A stretch of DNA of 64,000 nt from Myxococcota bacterium (GTDB taxonomy: Bacteria > Myxococcota_A > UBA9160 > UBA4427), in NCBI GenBank assembly GCA_965250285.1, contig OZ252299.1, positions 4,320,001 to 4,384,000 of the forward strand, read 5' to 3'. A program made the position numbers and the translations under genes. Positions 9,107 to 18,900 of the stretch are shown piece by piece. The notes beneath the pieces were generated by a model, which saw nothing but the letters and a program-made list of their open reading frames with translations, ran no database searches and was not told the origin of the DNA. The number at the start of each line of letters is the position of its first letter. Positions within the stretch are counted from its first letter, which is position 1.

Positions 9107-12100
9107 GTGAGGCCGATCATCGGCTGGTTCGGCGCCAACCCGGTCGCCGCGAATCTGCTGATGTTCATGCTGATCTTCGCGGGTGCCGCGACGCTGCCCT
9201 CGGTTCAGCAGAAGTCGTTCCCCGACATCGACATCGACGTGATCCAGGTCGGCGTGACCTATCTCGGGGCCGCGCCCGCCGAGGTCGAAGAGGGCGTCTG
9301 TGTCCGGATCGAAGAGGAGATCCAGGGCATCGAGGGGATCGAGAAGATCACCTCGTCGGCGGCCGAAGGCGCGTGCGGGGTCTCGGCCGAGCTGATCCAG
9401 GGCTACCCGAAAGACCGCGCCCTCACCGAGATCAAGAACGCCGTCGACGCCATCACGACCTTCCCCGAAGAGACCGAGAAGCCGGTGGTCAGTCAGGTCG
9501 TGCCCCGGCGCAACGCAATCAAGATCGCGCTGTCGGGCGATGCGCCCGAATCGACGCTCAAGGCCGTGGGCGAGCAGCTGCGAGACGAGATCGCGGGCCT
9601 GCCCGACGTCACCCAGGTCACGCTCAACAACACGCGGCGCTACGAGATCTCGATCGAGGTCTCCGAAGATGCTCTGCGCCGCTACGGCCTGACCTTCGAC
9701 GACGTGGTGCGCGCCGTACAGCGAAGCTCCCTCGACCGACCCGGCGGCTCGATCAAGGCGGATACGGGCGAGATCCTGCTGCGCACGAAGGGGCAGGCCT
9801 ACACCGGAACCGACTTCGAGCAGATCGTGGTCCTCACGCGCGAGGACGGCACGCGCTTGATGCTCCCGGATGTCGCGCGCGTCATCGACGGCTTCGAAGA
9901 AGACGCCAGCTATGCCCGCTTCGACGGTGAGCCGGCCGTGCTCGTGCAGGTCTTTCGAGTGGGTGACCAGCGGGTCATCGAGCTCACCGACAGGGTCAAG
10001 GCCTACGCAGCCGAGGTCTCCAGTCGCCTGCCCGAGGGTCTGAACTTCACCGTCTGGCAGGACGGCAGCAAGAGCCTGCGTGACCGCCTCGACATCATGC
10101 TGCGCAACGGTCGCAGCGGCTTCATCCTCGTGTTCATCGTGCTGGCGATCTTCTTGCGCCTGCGCCTCGCTTTCTGGGTGTCGGTGGGGGTGCCCGTGGC
10201 GATGCTCGCCGCGCTCGCGCTCTTCCCGGCACTCGACCTCTCGATCGACGTGATCAGCGTCTTCGCGTTCATTCTGGTGCTCGGCCTCCTGGTCGACGAC
10301 GCCATCGTGGTCGCGGAGAACGTGCACTCGCATCAAGAAGCCAGCGAGGAGCCCCGGGAGGCCGCGATTCGGGGCGCCCAGGAGGTGTCTGTCCCGGTCA
10401 TCTTCGGCGTGCTCACCACCGTGGCCGCGTTCCTGCCCATGATCTTTGCGCCCGGCGTCATGGGTCAGATCTTCGGCACGATCGGCGTAGTGGTGATCTG
10501 CTGCCTCTTCTTCTCGGTCGTCGAGTCGCAGCTGGTCCTGCCCAGCCACCTGTCGCACATGAAGATCAAGGTCGACGACCCGTCGAAGCCGCCGAACGCC
10601 TGGAAGCGATTCCAGACGCGCGCGGCCGGAGCGCTCACACGCCTCGCGCGACGTCGCTACCGGCCACTTCTCGAGCGCGCGCTCGAGTGGCGCTACACCT
10701 CTGTGTCGACGTGTGTCGTGCTCCTGATGATCGTCCTCGCCGTCGTCGCCAGCGGGCGGATCAAGTTCAGCTTCTTTCCGCCGCTTCAGGGCGACTACGT
10801 ATCGGCGAGCGTGACGATGCCGCAGGGCACCTCTTCGGAGGTGACGGCGGCAGCCGTCCGCCAGCTCGAGGCGGCGGCACGACGCACCCGCGATCGCCTC
10901 GATGCCGAGTACCCGATCGCCGACGGCAGCATGATCCGCCACGTCCTCGCGTCGATCGGTCAGCAGCCGAGCACGGGCAGCGGGCCGCCGGGGACCACCG
11001 AGGTGGTGCCCGAGACGCATCTCGGCGAGGTGTCCCTCGAGCTCGCGCCCGCCGACGTCCGGCCGATCGATGCCGCGCTCGTCACCCAGGTATGGCGCGA
11101 AGAGACGCCGGCGATCCCCGACGTCGAGGAGCTGACGTTCAAGTCGACGCTCTTCACCGCCGGCGACGCGATCAACATCGAGCTCCAGGCGGCCTCGGTC
11201 GATACGCTCGAGCTGGCGGCCGACGAGCTCAAGGCCAAGCTCGCCGAGTACCCGGGCGTCTTCGACATCACCGACTCGTTCAGCAGCGGCAAGGACGAGA
11301 TCCAGCTCGACATCCTGCCTGCGGCCGAGACCCTCGGTGTCAGCCTCGACGATCTGTCGAAGCAGGTACGACAGGCCTTCTACGGGGCCGAGGCCCAACG
11401 GATCCAGCGCGGCCGCGACGACATCCGCGTGATGGTGCGCTACCCGGCCGAAGAACGACGCTCCCTCGCCGATCTCGAGAACATGCGGGTGCGGACCGCC
11501 GATGGTGGCGAAGTGCCCTTCTACGCCGTCGCCGACGTCGAGAAGGGCCGCGGCTTCTCGACCATCAAGCGTGCCGACCGCCAGCGCGTGATCAACGTCG
11601 TCGCCGACGTCGACCTGAGCCAGGGCAACGCCAACGAGGTGCTCGCCAATCTGCGCGCGGGCTTCCTCGAAGAGCTGCGCGCGCGCTATCCCGGCCTGAC
11701 GTATCGGCTCGAAGGCGAGCAGCGCGAGCAGCGAAAGGCGTTCTCGGCGCTGCAGCGCAACTACGTGCTCGCCATGGCCCTCGTCTACGTGCTGCTCGCG
11801 ATCCCGCTCAAGTCGTACGCGCAGCCGCTGATCATCATGGCGGTGATCCCGTTCGGGCTCGTCGGCGCGCTGGCGGGGCATTTCTTCATGCGGCTGTTCA
11901 TGCCGATGAACCTCAGCATGATGTCGGTCTTCGGCGTCGTGGCGCTCTCGGGTGTGGTCGTCAACGACAGCCTGGTGCTGGTGCACTACATCAACAAGCG
12001 TCGCGCGGAGGGCGCGCCGATCCAAGAGGCCGTCCGCGAAGCCGGCGTGGCGCGCTTCAGGCCGATTCTGCTGACATCGATCACGACCTTTGCCGGCCTG

Positions 12101-12334
12101 ACGCCGCTGCTGCTCGAGCGCAGCGTGACGGCGCAGTTTCTGATCCCGATGGCGACCTCGCTCGCGTTCGGCGTGCTCTTTGCCACGGTGATCTCGCTGA
12201 TCCTCGTGCCGTGCCTGTACCTCGTCATCGACGACCTGGGTCACATCGCGCGCGGCGTCTTCTCGAGGTCGAGCGAGCCACCCCCCGAGATCGTGCCCGG
12301 CACGAGCCGCTGGCGCCGCCCGCCCGCGACCTAG
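9107..12334 (+). CDS. RND efflux permease (AcrB/AcrD/AcrF family)
   Basis: 1075 aa; NPVAANLLM, GLLVDDAIVVAEN, GVVVNDSLVLV, RFRPILLTSITT. Confidence 0.97.
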   Translation: MRPIIGWFGANPVAANLLMFMLIFAGAATLPSVQQKSFPDIDIDVIQVGVTYLGAAPAEVEEGVCVRIEEEIQGIEGIEKITSSAAEGACGVSAELIQGYPKDRALTEIKNAVDAITTFPEETEKPVVSQVVPRRNAIKIALSGDAPESTLKAVGEQLRDEIAGLPDVTQVTLNNTRRYEISIEVSEDALRRYGLTFDDVVRAVQRSSLDRPGGSIKADTGEILLRTKGQAYTGTDFEQIVVLTREDGTRLMLPDVARVIDGFEEDASYARFDGEPAVLVQVFRVGDQRVIELTDRVKAYAAEVSSRLPEGLNFTVWQDGSKSLRDRLDIMLRNGRSGFILVFIVLAIFLRLRLAFWVSVGVPVAMLAALALFPALDLSIDVISVFAFILVLGLLVDDAIVVAENVHSHQEASEEPREAAIRGAQEVSVPVIFGVLTTVAAFLPMIFAPGVMGQIFGTIGVVVICCLFFSVVESQLVLPSHLSHMKIKVDDPSKPPNAWKRFQTRAAGALTRLARRRYRPLLERALEWRYTSVSTCVVLLMIVLAVVASGRIKFSFFPPLQGDYVSASVTMPQGTSSEVTAAAVRQLEAAARRTRDRLDAEYPIADGSMIRHVLASIGQQPSTGSGPPGTTEVVPETHLGEVSLELAPADVRPIDAALVTQVWREETPAIPDVEELTFKSTLFTAGDAINIELQAASVDTLELAADELKAKLAEYPGVFDITDSFSSGKDEIQLDILPAAETLGVSLDDLSKQVRQAFYGAEAQRIQRGRDDIRVMVRYPAEERRSLADLENMRVRTADGGEVPFYAVADVEKGRGFSTIKRADRQRVINVVADVDLSQGNANEVLANLRAGFLEELRARYPGLTYRLEGEQREQRKAFSALQRNYVLAMALVYVLLAIPLKSYAQPLIIMAVIPFGLVGALAGHFFMRLFMPMNLSMMSVFGVVALSGVVVNDSLVLVHYINKRRAEGAPIQEAVREAGVARFRPILLTSITTFAGLTPLLLERSVTAQFLIPMATSLAFGVLFATVISLILVPCLYLVIDDLGHIARGVFSRSSEPPPEIVPGTSRWRRPPAT

Positions 12335-12894
12335 AAGAACAGCCCCAGCGTCGGATAGTCGATGTCGGCCATGTCGAGCACGATCTCGCGATCGGCGATG
12401 CGCAGGCCTTCGTCGGTGCGGCGCAGCACGTCGCGTCGCTGCCCGGCGTACAGGAAGTTGCGGCTGCCCGGTCGCGCGTAGTGCAGATGAAAGCTGCTCG
12501 TCACGCCGAGCGCGTCCTCGGCTACCTCGAGGATCTCGACGTTGCCGATGATGCGGCGCGTCCGCGCGGGCGGATTCTCGGCCCACGAGTTTGGCGCGAA
12601 TGCACGCATCACGCGCATGGCGAGATACGGGTGGCTCTCGTCGCGCAGGGGCAGTCGGTCACCGGCCTGATCTTCGAGCTCGCGATCGACCGAGATCATC
12701 GACTCGTGGCCGCGCTCGGCGTTGTCGACGAGGGGATTCGCGCGTGCGGGCATCACGTAGCGGATGTCCTCGGTACAGAGGGCGAACCACGTCTGATATT
12801 GGCGGCCGTCGAGCAGGCGAGCCTCGTAGTAGTAGAACTGCTCGACCTCGTGCTGCAGCTCGAGTGTGACGCTGCCCGGATCTCGCCCCATCAC
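12331..12894 (-). CDS. Aromatic ring-hydroxylating dioxygenase beta subunit
   Basis: FYYYEARLLD..W, WAENPPARTRR, GQRRDVLR; overlaps the alpha subunit stop by 4 nt. Confidence 0.93.
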   Translation of the reverse strand: MMGRDPGSVTLELQHEVEQFYYYEARLLDGRQYQTWFALCTEDIRYVMPARANPLVDNAERGHESMISVDRELEDQAGDRLPLRDESHPYLAMRVMRAFAPNSWAENPPARTRRIIGNVEILEVAEDALGVTSSFHLHYARPGSRNFLYAGQRRDVLRRTDEGLRIADREIVLDMADIDYPTLGLFF

Positions 12895-14174
12895 GCGCCC
12901 TCCACCGCCTCGAGGGCGGCTCGCCAGCGCTTGAAGAAGTGACGCGCGTACGCCTCGTTGGCGGTGCTCGTCACGAGGCCGGGCATCTCGGGATGCGGCG
13001 CTTCTTCACCGAGACCCAGCCCGTAGAAGTAGGGCCGGTCGTCGGCGAAGTCGAAGTTGCTGCCGCGGTGCTGCTGCATCCACGCCTCCGAATCCTCCTG
13101 CTCGACGATCCCCCCCGGTCCGAAGAACGACGTGTGGTTGCTGCGCAGCACCTTCTTGATCTCGTCGGGCGCGTCGGCCGGCACCACCGACCAGCACCAG
13201 TACTCGACGCGGCCCGGACCGCGCGGGTGGCTGACCTTGAACGCGGTGTTCGACCAGAGAAACGACAGGTTCGGGTAGACCCCGAACGTCAGGCCCTTGA
13301 AGCGCGCGCGAATCGGCCCCACGCGCTCGGCCGCCTTCGCATGGATCTCGCGCAGATAGTCATGCACGACCGGCCCACCCAGCAGCGTGGCGAGCCCTTC
13401 GAAGCCCCAGGCGACCTGCTCGACCGGTGCGTCCTCGGGCATCAGGCGAAACGTCGCGCCGTGCCCGGCGCCCGGGATCGCGCTCACGCCGTGATCGACG
13501 ATCTCCTGGTTCGCCGAGGCCGGGATCACCGATGCGTGGAGGAAGGGGCCGTGGTTCACGTCGCCGAGCTGATTCTCCATCGGGAGCTTCCAGTTCGCGT
13601 CGATCACCCAGCGCTGGGGCGAGCCGATGAACTCGACGCCGGCCGGAAACCGGTCGAAGAACGCGCCGAGGTAGTACTTCATATCGCCGAGATAGGCGTC
13701 GAGCGACTCGATGCCCTCGTCGAAGCTGCCGAAGATGAGGCCGTTCCAGCTCTCGACCCGGGGCACCTTCTTGAGTCCGAGCTTGCTCTTGTCGGGGCGC
13801 TCCTTCAGCTGGCGCTCCTGCGGAATCGCCTGCAGCTTGCCCGTCACGTCGTAGTTCCAGTTGTGATACGGACACACGAAGCTGCGGGTGTTGCCGTGGT
13901 CGGCGCGACACACCGGTACGCCGCGGTGAGTACAGCTGTTGATCGACGCATGGACCGCTTCGTCGGGGCCGCGCGCGACGATGATCGGCGTCTCGCACAT
14001 GTAGGCCTGAACGAAGTCGCCGGGGTTCGGGATCTGGGACTCGTGGGCGAGGAAGAGCCAGGCGCGCCCGAAGATGCCTCGCTTCTCGAGCTCATAGATC
14101 GCAGGATCGGTCCAGGCCCGGCGGCTGATGAGGGTGGCGTCGTCATTGACGACGTCGCGGATCGGCAGCGTCAT
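12891..14174 (-). CDS. Rieske ring-hydroxylating oxygenase alpha subunit
   Basis: Rieske CTH..CPYH; WKLPMEN..GDVNH..FLH; QEDSEAW iron ligand region. Start ATG 14174 with GGAGG RBS. Confidence 0.95.
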   Translation of the reverse strand: MTLPIRDVVNDDATLISRRAWTDPAIYELEKRGIFGRAWLFLAHESQIPNPGDFVQAYMCETPIIVARGPDEAVHASINSCTHRGVPVCRADHGNTRSFVCPYHNWNYDVTGKLQAIPQERQLKERPDKSKLGLKKVPRVESWNGLIFGSFDEGIESLDAYLGDMKYYLGAFFDRFPAGVEFIGSPQRWVIDANWKLPMENQLGDVNHGPFLHASVIPASANQEIVDHGVSAIPGAGHGATFRLMPEDAPVEQVAWGFEGLATLLGGPVVHDYLREIHAKAAERVGPIRARFKGLTFGVYPNLSFLWSNTAFKVSHPRGPGRVEYWCWSVVPADAPDEIKKVLRSNHTSFFGPGGIVEQEDSEAWMQQHRGSNFDFADDRPYFYGLGLGEEAPHPEMPGLVTSTANEAYARHFFKRWRAALEAVEGA

Positions 14175-14197
14175 GGCGCCCTCCATGGGTCGACAAA

Positions 14198-14217
14198 AAA
14201 TTATCAGGCGATAATTT
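14198..14217. promoter_or_regulatory. Palindromic operator AAATTATC-N4-GATAATTT (likely TetR site)
   Basis: Perfect 8-bp AT-rich inverted repeat in the 79-bp gap between the divergent Rieske alpha and tetR genes. Confidence 0.75.
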
Positions 14218-14253
14218 ATCTGCAAGGGCCGACGTCGCGCAGGGGAGTCACCG

Positions 14254-14901
14254 ATGAGCGCAGTCAGATCCGCGCAGCACGACGATGCGAGCGCGCGCGC
14301 GCGGCCGACCAAGGGGGAGCGCACGGCGGCCCGCATCCTCGACGCAGCCGAGGGGGTCTTCGCCGAACACGGCTACGAGGCGGCCTCGCTGCGCGAGATC
14401 GCGCGCCGCGCGCGCCTCCAGCAGCCGGGGCTGTACAACCACTTCGGGAGCAAGCGAGATCTGTACGCGGCGGTCCTCGACCGCGCGCTCAGCCCGATGG
14501 CCGAGGCGATGGAGACGCACATGCGCGACGACCCGCCGCTCGCCGTGCTCGCCACGCTGCCGGCCGTCATGACCGATCACCTCCTGGCGCATCCCCACAT
14601 GGCGGCGCTCTTCCAGCAGGCGCTGCAGGATCAGGCTTCACCCGGGCAGGCGCTGATGCGCGACTGGCTCGACCGGCTGCTCGTCCAGGGGGTGGACACG
14701 CTGCGCGGGGCATTGCCGGGCCCGGTCGATCGCGAAGAGCTCGCGTTGCAAGTCATCGCCATGTTCAACCTCACGACGGGCTACTTTCTGTCGCAGCGCG
14801 CGTTCGACAGTCTCGGGCTGTCGAGCCTGGCCGACCCAGACAACGTCGCGCGTCAGAAGGCGCTGCTCGGGCGCATCGCGGGGGCGCTCACGCGCAGATA
14901 G
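14254..14901 (+). CDS. TetR/AcrR family regulator
   Basis: RILDAAEGVFAEHGYEAASLREIA..LYNHFGSKRDL. Confidence 0.95.
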   Translation: MSAVRSAQHDDASARARPTKGERTAARILDAAEGVFAEHGYEAASLREIARRARLQQPGLYNHFGSKRDLYAAVLDRALSPMAEAMETHMRDDPPLAVLATLPAVMTDHLLAHPHMAALFQQALQDQASPGQALMRDWLDRLLVQGVDTLRGALPGPVDREELALQVIAMFNLTTGYFLSQRAFDSLGLSSLADPDNVARQKALLGRIAGALTRR

Positions 14902-14917
14902 GGAGGTCGAGCACACG

Positions 14918-15430
14918 ATGTGGTGGAGAATCGCAGCGAGGGATGCCGTCTTCATCGGCGCGGTCGTCGCGCTCTGGCGTTTTCTGGCGCCGCTCTCGGG
15001 TGGCGATGGCGCCCTGGCCGACCTGAGCGGCCTGCTGATCGGGCTGGGCGTCGGTGTATCGACGTTTCTGCTGCACGAGTGGGGACACCTGCTCGGTGGC
15101 CTGGCGAGCGGCAGTGACGTCCGCGCGCCGAAGACGCTGACGTCGGCGTATCTGTTCAGCTACGACACGAAGGCCAACTCGCGCCGACAGTTCCTCGTGA
15201 TGTCGTTCGGCGGCTTCATCGTCACGGGGCTCGCCATCTGGCTCGCCTACGCATGGATGCCGGGTGAGCTGCTCGCGACCCGCGTCGCGCGCGGCGCGAT
15301 CGTCTTCCTCGCCTCGCTGACGGTCTTCATCGAGTTTCCGCTGGTGATCTTCTCGCTCTTCCGTTGGCAATCGATGCCCTCGGTCGAGGTGTTCGAGCCC
15401 GAGCCGCCCGAGCCCGAGCGCGCCGGCTAG
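14918..15430 (+). CDS. Small membrane protein with HExxH (M50-like)
   Basis: GGAGG RBS; about 4 hydrophobic segments; LLHEWGHLLGG. Confidence 0.75.
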   Translation: MWWRIAARDAVFIGAVVALWRFLAPLSGGDGALADLSGLLIGLGVGVSTFLLHEWGHLLGGLASGSDVRAPKTLTSAYLFSYDTKANSRRQFLVMSFGGFIVTGLAIWLAYAWMPGELLATRVARGAIVFLASLTVFIEFPLVIFSLFRWQSMPSVEVFEPEPPEPERAG

Positions 15431-15450
15431 GGAACCTTCGCACAGCCCGC

Positions 15451-15584
15451 CGCGCCAGGGCCGGGGCAGGCGGGGGTACCGCGCGCAGTTTGCAGGCGCG
15501 ACGGGCGCAACATCCGAGCTCCCCTTCCGGCTCGCGCCGAGAATGTCTGAGCACGGTGCCCCCGCCTGCCCCGGCCCTGGCACG
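15451..15584. repeat. Structured palindromic element, copy C
   Basis: 28-bp inverted arms 15454-15481 and 15554-15581 (one T.G pair); inner stem GGCGCGA/TCGCGCC; shares motifs with the copies at 40.7-41.2 kb. Confidence 0.85.
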
Positions 15585-15610
15585 CGCGAAGCGAGACCTA
15601 CAGAGCCTCG

Positions 15611-17134
15611 CTAGGTGAAGAGCCGTCCGATCTTCGTTCCGAACAGGAACCGGATGAAGCCCTGCATCTGATCCTCTGACTTGCGCGTGTAGGGGTAGTT
15701 GCTCTGCCCCTTCTTGCCGATGACGATCGGATGGGGGTGCGTGTACCCGCGCAGGCCGACCTCGCCATTCACCTGCCCGACCCCCGAGCTCTTGACCCCG
15801 CCGAACGGGGCCTCGGGAATGCCGTACGTCACGGCCATGTCGTTCACGCAGACGCCCCCGGTCTCCATCTTCTCGGCGATTCGGGCGCCCTTCTCGAGAT
15901 CGCGCGTCCAGACGTTGCCATCGAGGCCGTACTCGCTGTCGTTCGCCAGCGCGAGCGCTTCGTCTTCGTCGCGCACCTTCTGAATCGCCAGGATCGGCCC
16001 GAAGGTCTCCTCGCGCATCAGTGCCATGTCGTGGTCGACGTCGACGACGACCGTCGGTTGAAAGTAGAGACCCTGCAGATCGGGGTTGCGGGCGCCCCCC
16101 ACGAGCACCTGGGCGCCGCGATCGACGGCGTCCTCCATGTGGCGCTCGATGATGTCCATCTGCTTGTCCCAGAAGACCGCACCGACATCACACTCGCCGG
16201 TATCGCTCTGGCGCAGTGCCTTCGTCTGTTCGACGACGCGTTCGAGGAACGCGTCGTAGACGCTCTCGACGACGTAGATGCGCTCGGTGCCGCAGCAGTA
16301 GTGGCCCGTGTTCATACACGAGCCCATGACGGCGCCCTTCGCCGCGACGTCGAGATCGGCGTCGGCACACACGATCATCGCGTCCTTGCCGCCGAGCTCG
16401 AGGGTCACGGGGATCAGCCGCTCTCCGCACGCGGCCGCGACCTTGCGACCCGTCGCGGCGCTGCCCGTGAACGAGATCTTGTCGACGCCGGCGGCGATCA
16501 GATCGGCGCCGGTCTGGCCGTCCCCGCGCACCACCTGATAGAGACCCTCGGGCAGACCCGCCTCGCGGACGAGCGACTCGATCAGGAGCGCCGAGAGCGG
16601 CGTCACCTCGCTCGGCTTGTGCACCACGGCGTTGCCCGCCATGAGCGCCTGCACCATCGGGTTCATGGCCAGGACGACGGGGCCGTTCCAGGGCGTGATC
16701 AGCCCGACGACGCCGAGCGGCTTGTAGACGAGCTTGACCTTCTTGGCGAGGCCCATGAGCCCGGCCGGTCGACGCACCGTCGGGGCGAGCATCTTCTTCG
16801 CGCGCTTGGCGTAGTACGAGATCGCGGCGCAAGGTGAGAAGACCTCCATCGCGATCGCCTCACTGCGCGCCTTGCCCGTCTCCTTCACGACGATGTCGAC
16901 GATCTCGTCCTGACGCGCGACGACGCGGTCGACGAGCCGCCACATGATCTCGGCGCGCTCGTCGAACGAACGCTGCGCCCACTCGGCCTGGGCCTTGCGC
17001 GCTCGATCGACCGCCGCGACGACTTCATCCTTCGTCGCGGCATCGAAGTCGCCGATCGGCTCGAAGGTCACCGGGCTCTTCACTTGATAGCGGCGACGAC
17101 CGGCGTCAGAGGGGATCGATTCGAAGATGGCCAT
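15611..17134 (-). CDS. Aldehyde dehydrogenase family protein
   Basis: ITPWN, KPSE, FTGS, LELGGKD, catalytic Cys region GHYCCG, EETFGP, FGGVKSSG. Confidence 0.96.
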   Translation of the reverse strand: MAIFESIPSDAGRRRYQVKSPVTFEPIGDFDAATKDEVVAAVDRARKAQAEWAQRSFDERAEIMWRLVDRVVARQDEIVDIVVKETGKARSEAIAMEVFSPCAAISYYAKRAKKMLAPTVRRPAGLMGLAKKVKLVYKPLGVVGLITPWNGPVVLAMNPMVQALMAGNAVVHKPSEVTPLSALLIESLVREAGLPEGLYQVVRGDGQTGADLIAAGVDKISFTGSAATGRKVAAACGERLIPVTLELGGKDAMIVCADADLDVAAKGAVMGSCMNTGHYCCGTERIYVVESVYDAFLERVVEQTKALRQSDTGECDVGAVFWDKQMDIIERHMEDAVDRGAQVLVGGARNPDLQGLYFQPTVVVDVDHDMALMREETFGPILAIQKVRDEDEALALANDSEYGLDGNVWTRDLEKGARIAEKMETGGVCVNDMAVTYGIPEAPFGGVKSSGVGQVNGEVGLRGYTHPHPIVIGKKGQSNYPYTRKSEDQMQGFIRFLFGTKIGRLFT

Positions 17135-17218
17135 GAGAGAATCTCACCTGGGAAGCCGAACGCTTCCGAATGGGGTGGGCGTGATGCGCAGCGTTCGAGG
17201 CAGGGTAGCCTTCCCCTC

Positions 17219-18244
17219 ATGACCGATCACGCCGCCACCCCGCCCCCCGTGCATGCCGCCCTGCGCATCAACATGACGGGCCTGCAGCCCGACCCGCGCG
17301 CCGAGTCGGAGCGCTACCGAGCCGCCATCGAAATGGCGGTGTACGCCGAAGAGAACGGCTTCGACACGGTCAACCTCGAAGAGCACCACTGCGCCGACAA
17401 CGGCTGGCTGCCCTCTCCCCTCGTACTCGCAGCGATGATCATCGCGCGCACGAAGCGGGTGCGCGTGAGCGTCACCGCACTGCTCGCGACGCTCTACGAC
17501 CCGATCCGCCTCGCCGAAGACGTCGCGGTGCTCGATCTCGTGAGCGAGGGGCGCTTCACGTTCACGGCCGGCCTCGGGTACCGACCGATCGAATACCACG
17601 CGACCGGCAAGCGCTGGGACGAGCGCGGCCGGCTCATGGACGAGCTCATCGAAACCCTGCTGACGGCGTGGAAGGGCGAGCCGTTCGAGTACCGCGGTGA
17701 GACGATCCGCGTGACGCCGACGCCGATGACGAAGCCGCACCCGCTCTTCCTCGTCGGTGGCATGAGCAAGGTCGCGGCGCGGCGAGCCGCTCGCTTCGGC
17801 TTGCCCTTCTATCCTCCGCAGCACCAGCCCGAGCTCGAGCGCTTCTACTACGCCGAGCTCGAGAAGCACGGCAAGCAGGGGTTCTATCTGCATCCCGGCG
17901 AGGGCAACTCGATGCTCGTCGTCGAGCCCGACCCCGAGCGGGCCTGGCAGGAGCTTGCGCCCTACTACCTGCGCGAGCTGCAGGAGTACGGAAGCTGGAA
18001 GGTCGAGGGCGTACCGCGACCGAGCGAAGAGCACGTCGAATCGATCGAAGAGCTGCGCGCACAGAAGCGCTTCGAGATCTTCTCGCCCGAAGACGCGCTC
18101 GACGAGCTCGCGAGCGGGCGACGGCCGACGGCCGTGCTGCATCCACTCGCGGGCGGCGTCCCGCTCGAGCGGGCGTGGCGACAGCTCGAGACGTTCAGTA
18201 CCGACGTACTCGCGCCGGTGCGACGCGGCGACGTGGCGGTCTAG
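17219..18244 (+). CDS. LLM class flavin-dependent oxidoreductase
   Basis: EEHH..WLPSP, DPIRLAEDVAVLD..SEGR, GLGYR; start moved to ATG 17219. Confidence 0.93.
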   Translation: MTDHAATPPPVHAALRINMTGLQPDPRAESERYRAAIEMAVYAEENGFDTVNLEEHHCADNGWLPSPLVLAAMIIARTKRVRVSVTALLATLYDPIRLAEDVAVLDLVSEGRFTFTAGLGYRPIEYHATGKRWDERGRLMDELIETLLTAWKGEPFEYRGETIRVTPTPMTKPHPLFLVGGMSKVAARRAARFGLPFYPPQHQPELERFYYAELEKHGKQGFYLHPGEGNSMLVVEPDPERAWQELAPYYLRELQEYGSWKVEGVPRPSEEHVESIEELRAQKRFEIFSPEDALDELASGRRPTAVLHPLAGGVPLERAWRQLETFSTDVLAPVRRGDVAV

Positions 18245-18246
18245 TC

Positions 18247-18900
18247 GTGGCGGAGACATTCGTCGGTATCGACGTCAGCCGGCGTCGAGGTTCGGCCGTG
18301 GCCGCCCTCGACGAAGCCGGGCGCATCTTCGAAGCACGCTGGATCGAGCCCGACGCCGATCTGCGCACCGAGATGCTCGGCCTCGTCGACCGATACGAGC
18401 AGCCGACGTTCGGCATCGACAGCCCGCGCTGTCCGCTCGAGCAGCCGCGCGACTGGTACTGGACGCGCGACCGCTGGACGCGGCGCAGCGATCAGGAGGG
18501 CTGGGGTCGACACTGCGAGGTCGTCGTGAGCGCCCACCGCCTCGCCCGGCCCCAGTGGACCCCGCACGGCTCGCAAGCGCCCGAGTGGATGCAGATCGGG
18601 TTCGAGATGTTTCGCAGCCTCGACGGCCGCGCGCCCGCGCACGAGGTCTTCCCGTCGGCGGCCTACACGCTGCTCGATGGCGACACGAGCGCCCGATTCG
18701 ACCTCTCGCTCGACGGGTTCCGTCGCAACCCCAAGGACATGCTCGACGCGGCAGTCGCCGCGCTCAGCGTCCGAGAGTTCGCAACGGGGCGCGGCTGCGA
18801 GGTCGGGGGCGGGGACGGACTCGGCACGATCGTGCTGCCCCGCCCGATCCCGAGCCCGATCGAAGCCGTCCTCAGCTGGCCCGAACGCGCCGGCGCCTAG
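18247..18900 (+). CDS. DUF429-like predicted nuclease (RNase H fold)
   Basis: FVGIDVS, GIDSP, HEVFPSA, DMLDA acidic motifs; GTG 2 nt after the LLM stop. Confidence 0.75.
   Translation: MAETFVGIDVSRRRGSAVAALDEAGRIFEARWIEPDADLRTEMLGLVDRYEQPTFGIDSPRCPLEQPRDWYWTRDRWTRRSDQEGWGRHCEVVVSAHRLARPQWTPHGSQAPEWMQIGFEMFRSLDGRAPAHEVFPSAAYTLLDGDTSARFDLSLDGFRRNPKDMLDAAVAALSVREFATGRGCEVGGGDGLGTIVLPRPIPSPIEAVLSWPERAGA

Noticed and set aside
8957..12586. 1209-aa minus-strand ORF and similar long ORFs (49..1425, 2496..4565, 12939..15026, 22133..24934, 27824..30514)
   Set aside because: Antisense shadows of well-supported genes; stop-poor because of high GC codon bias; no family motifs.
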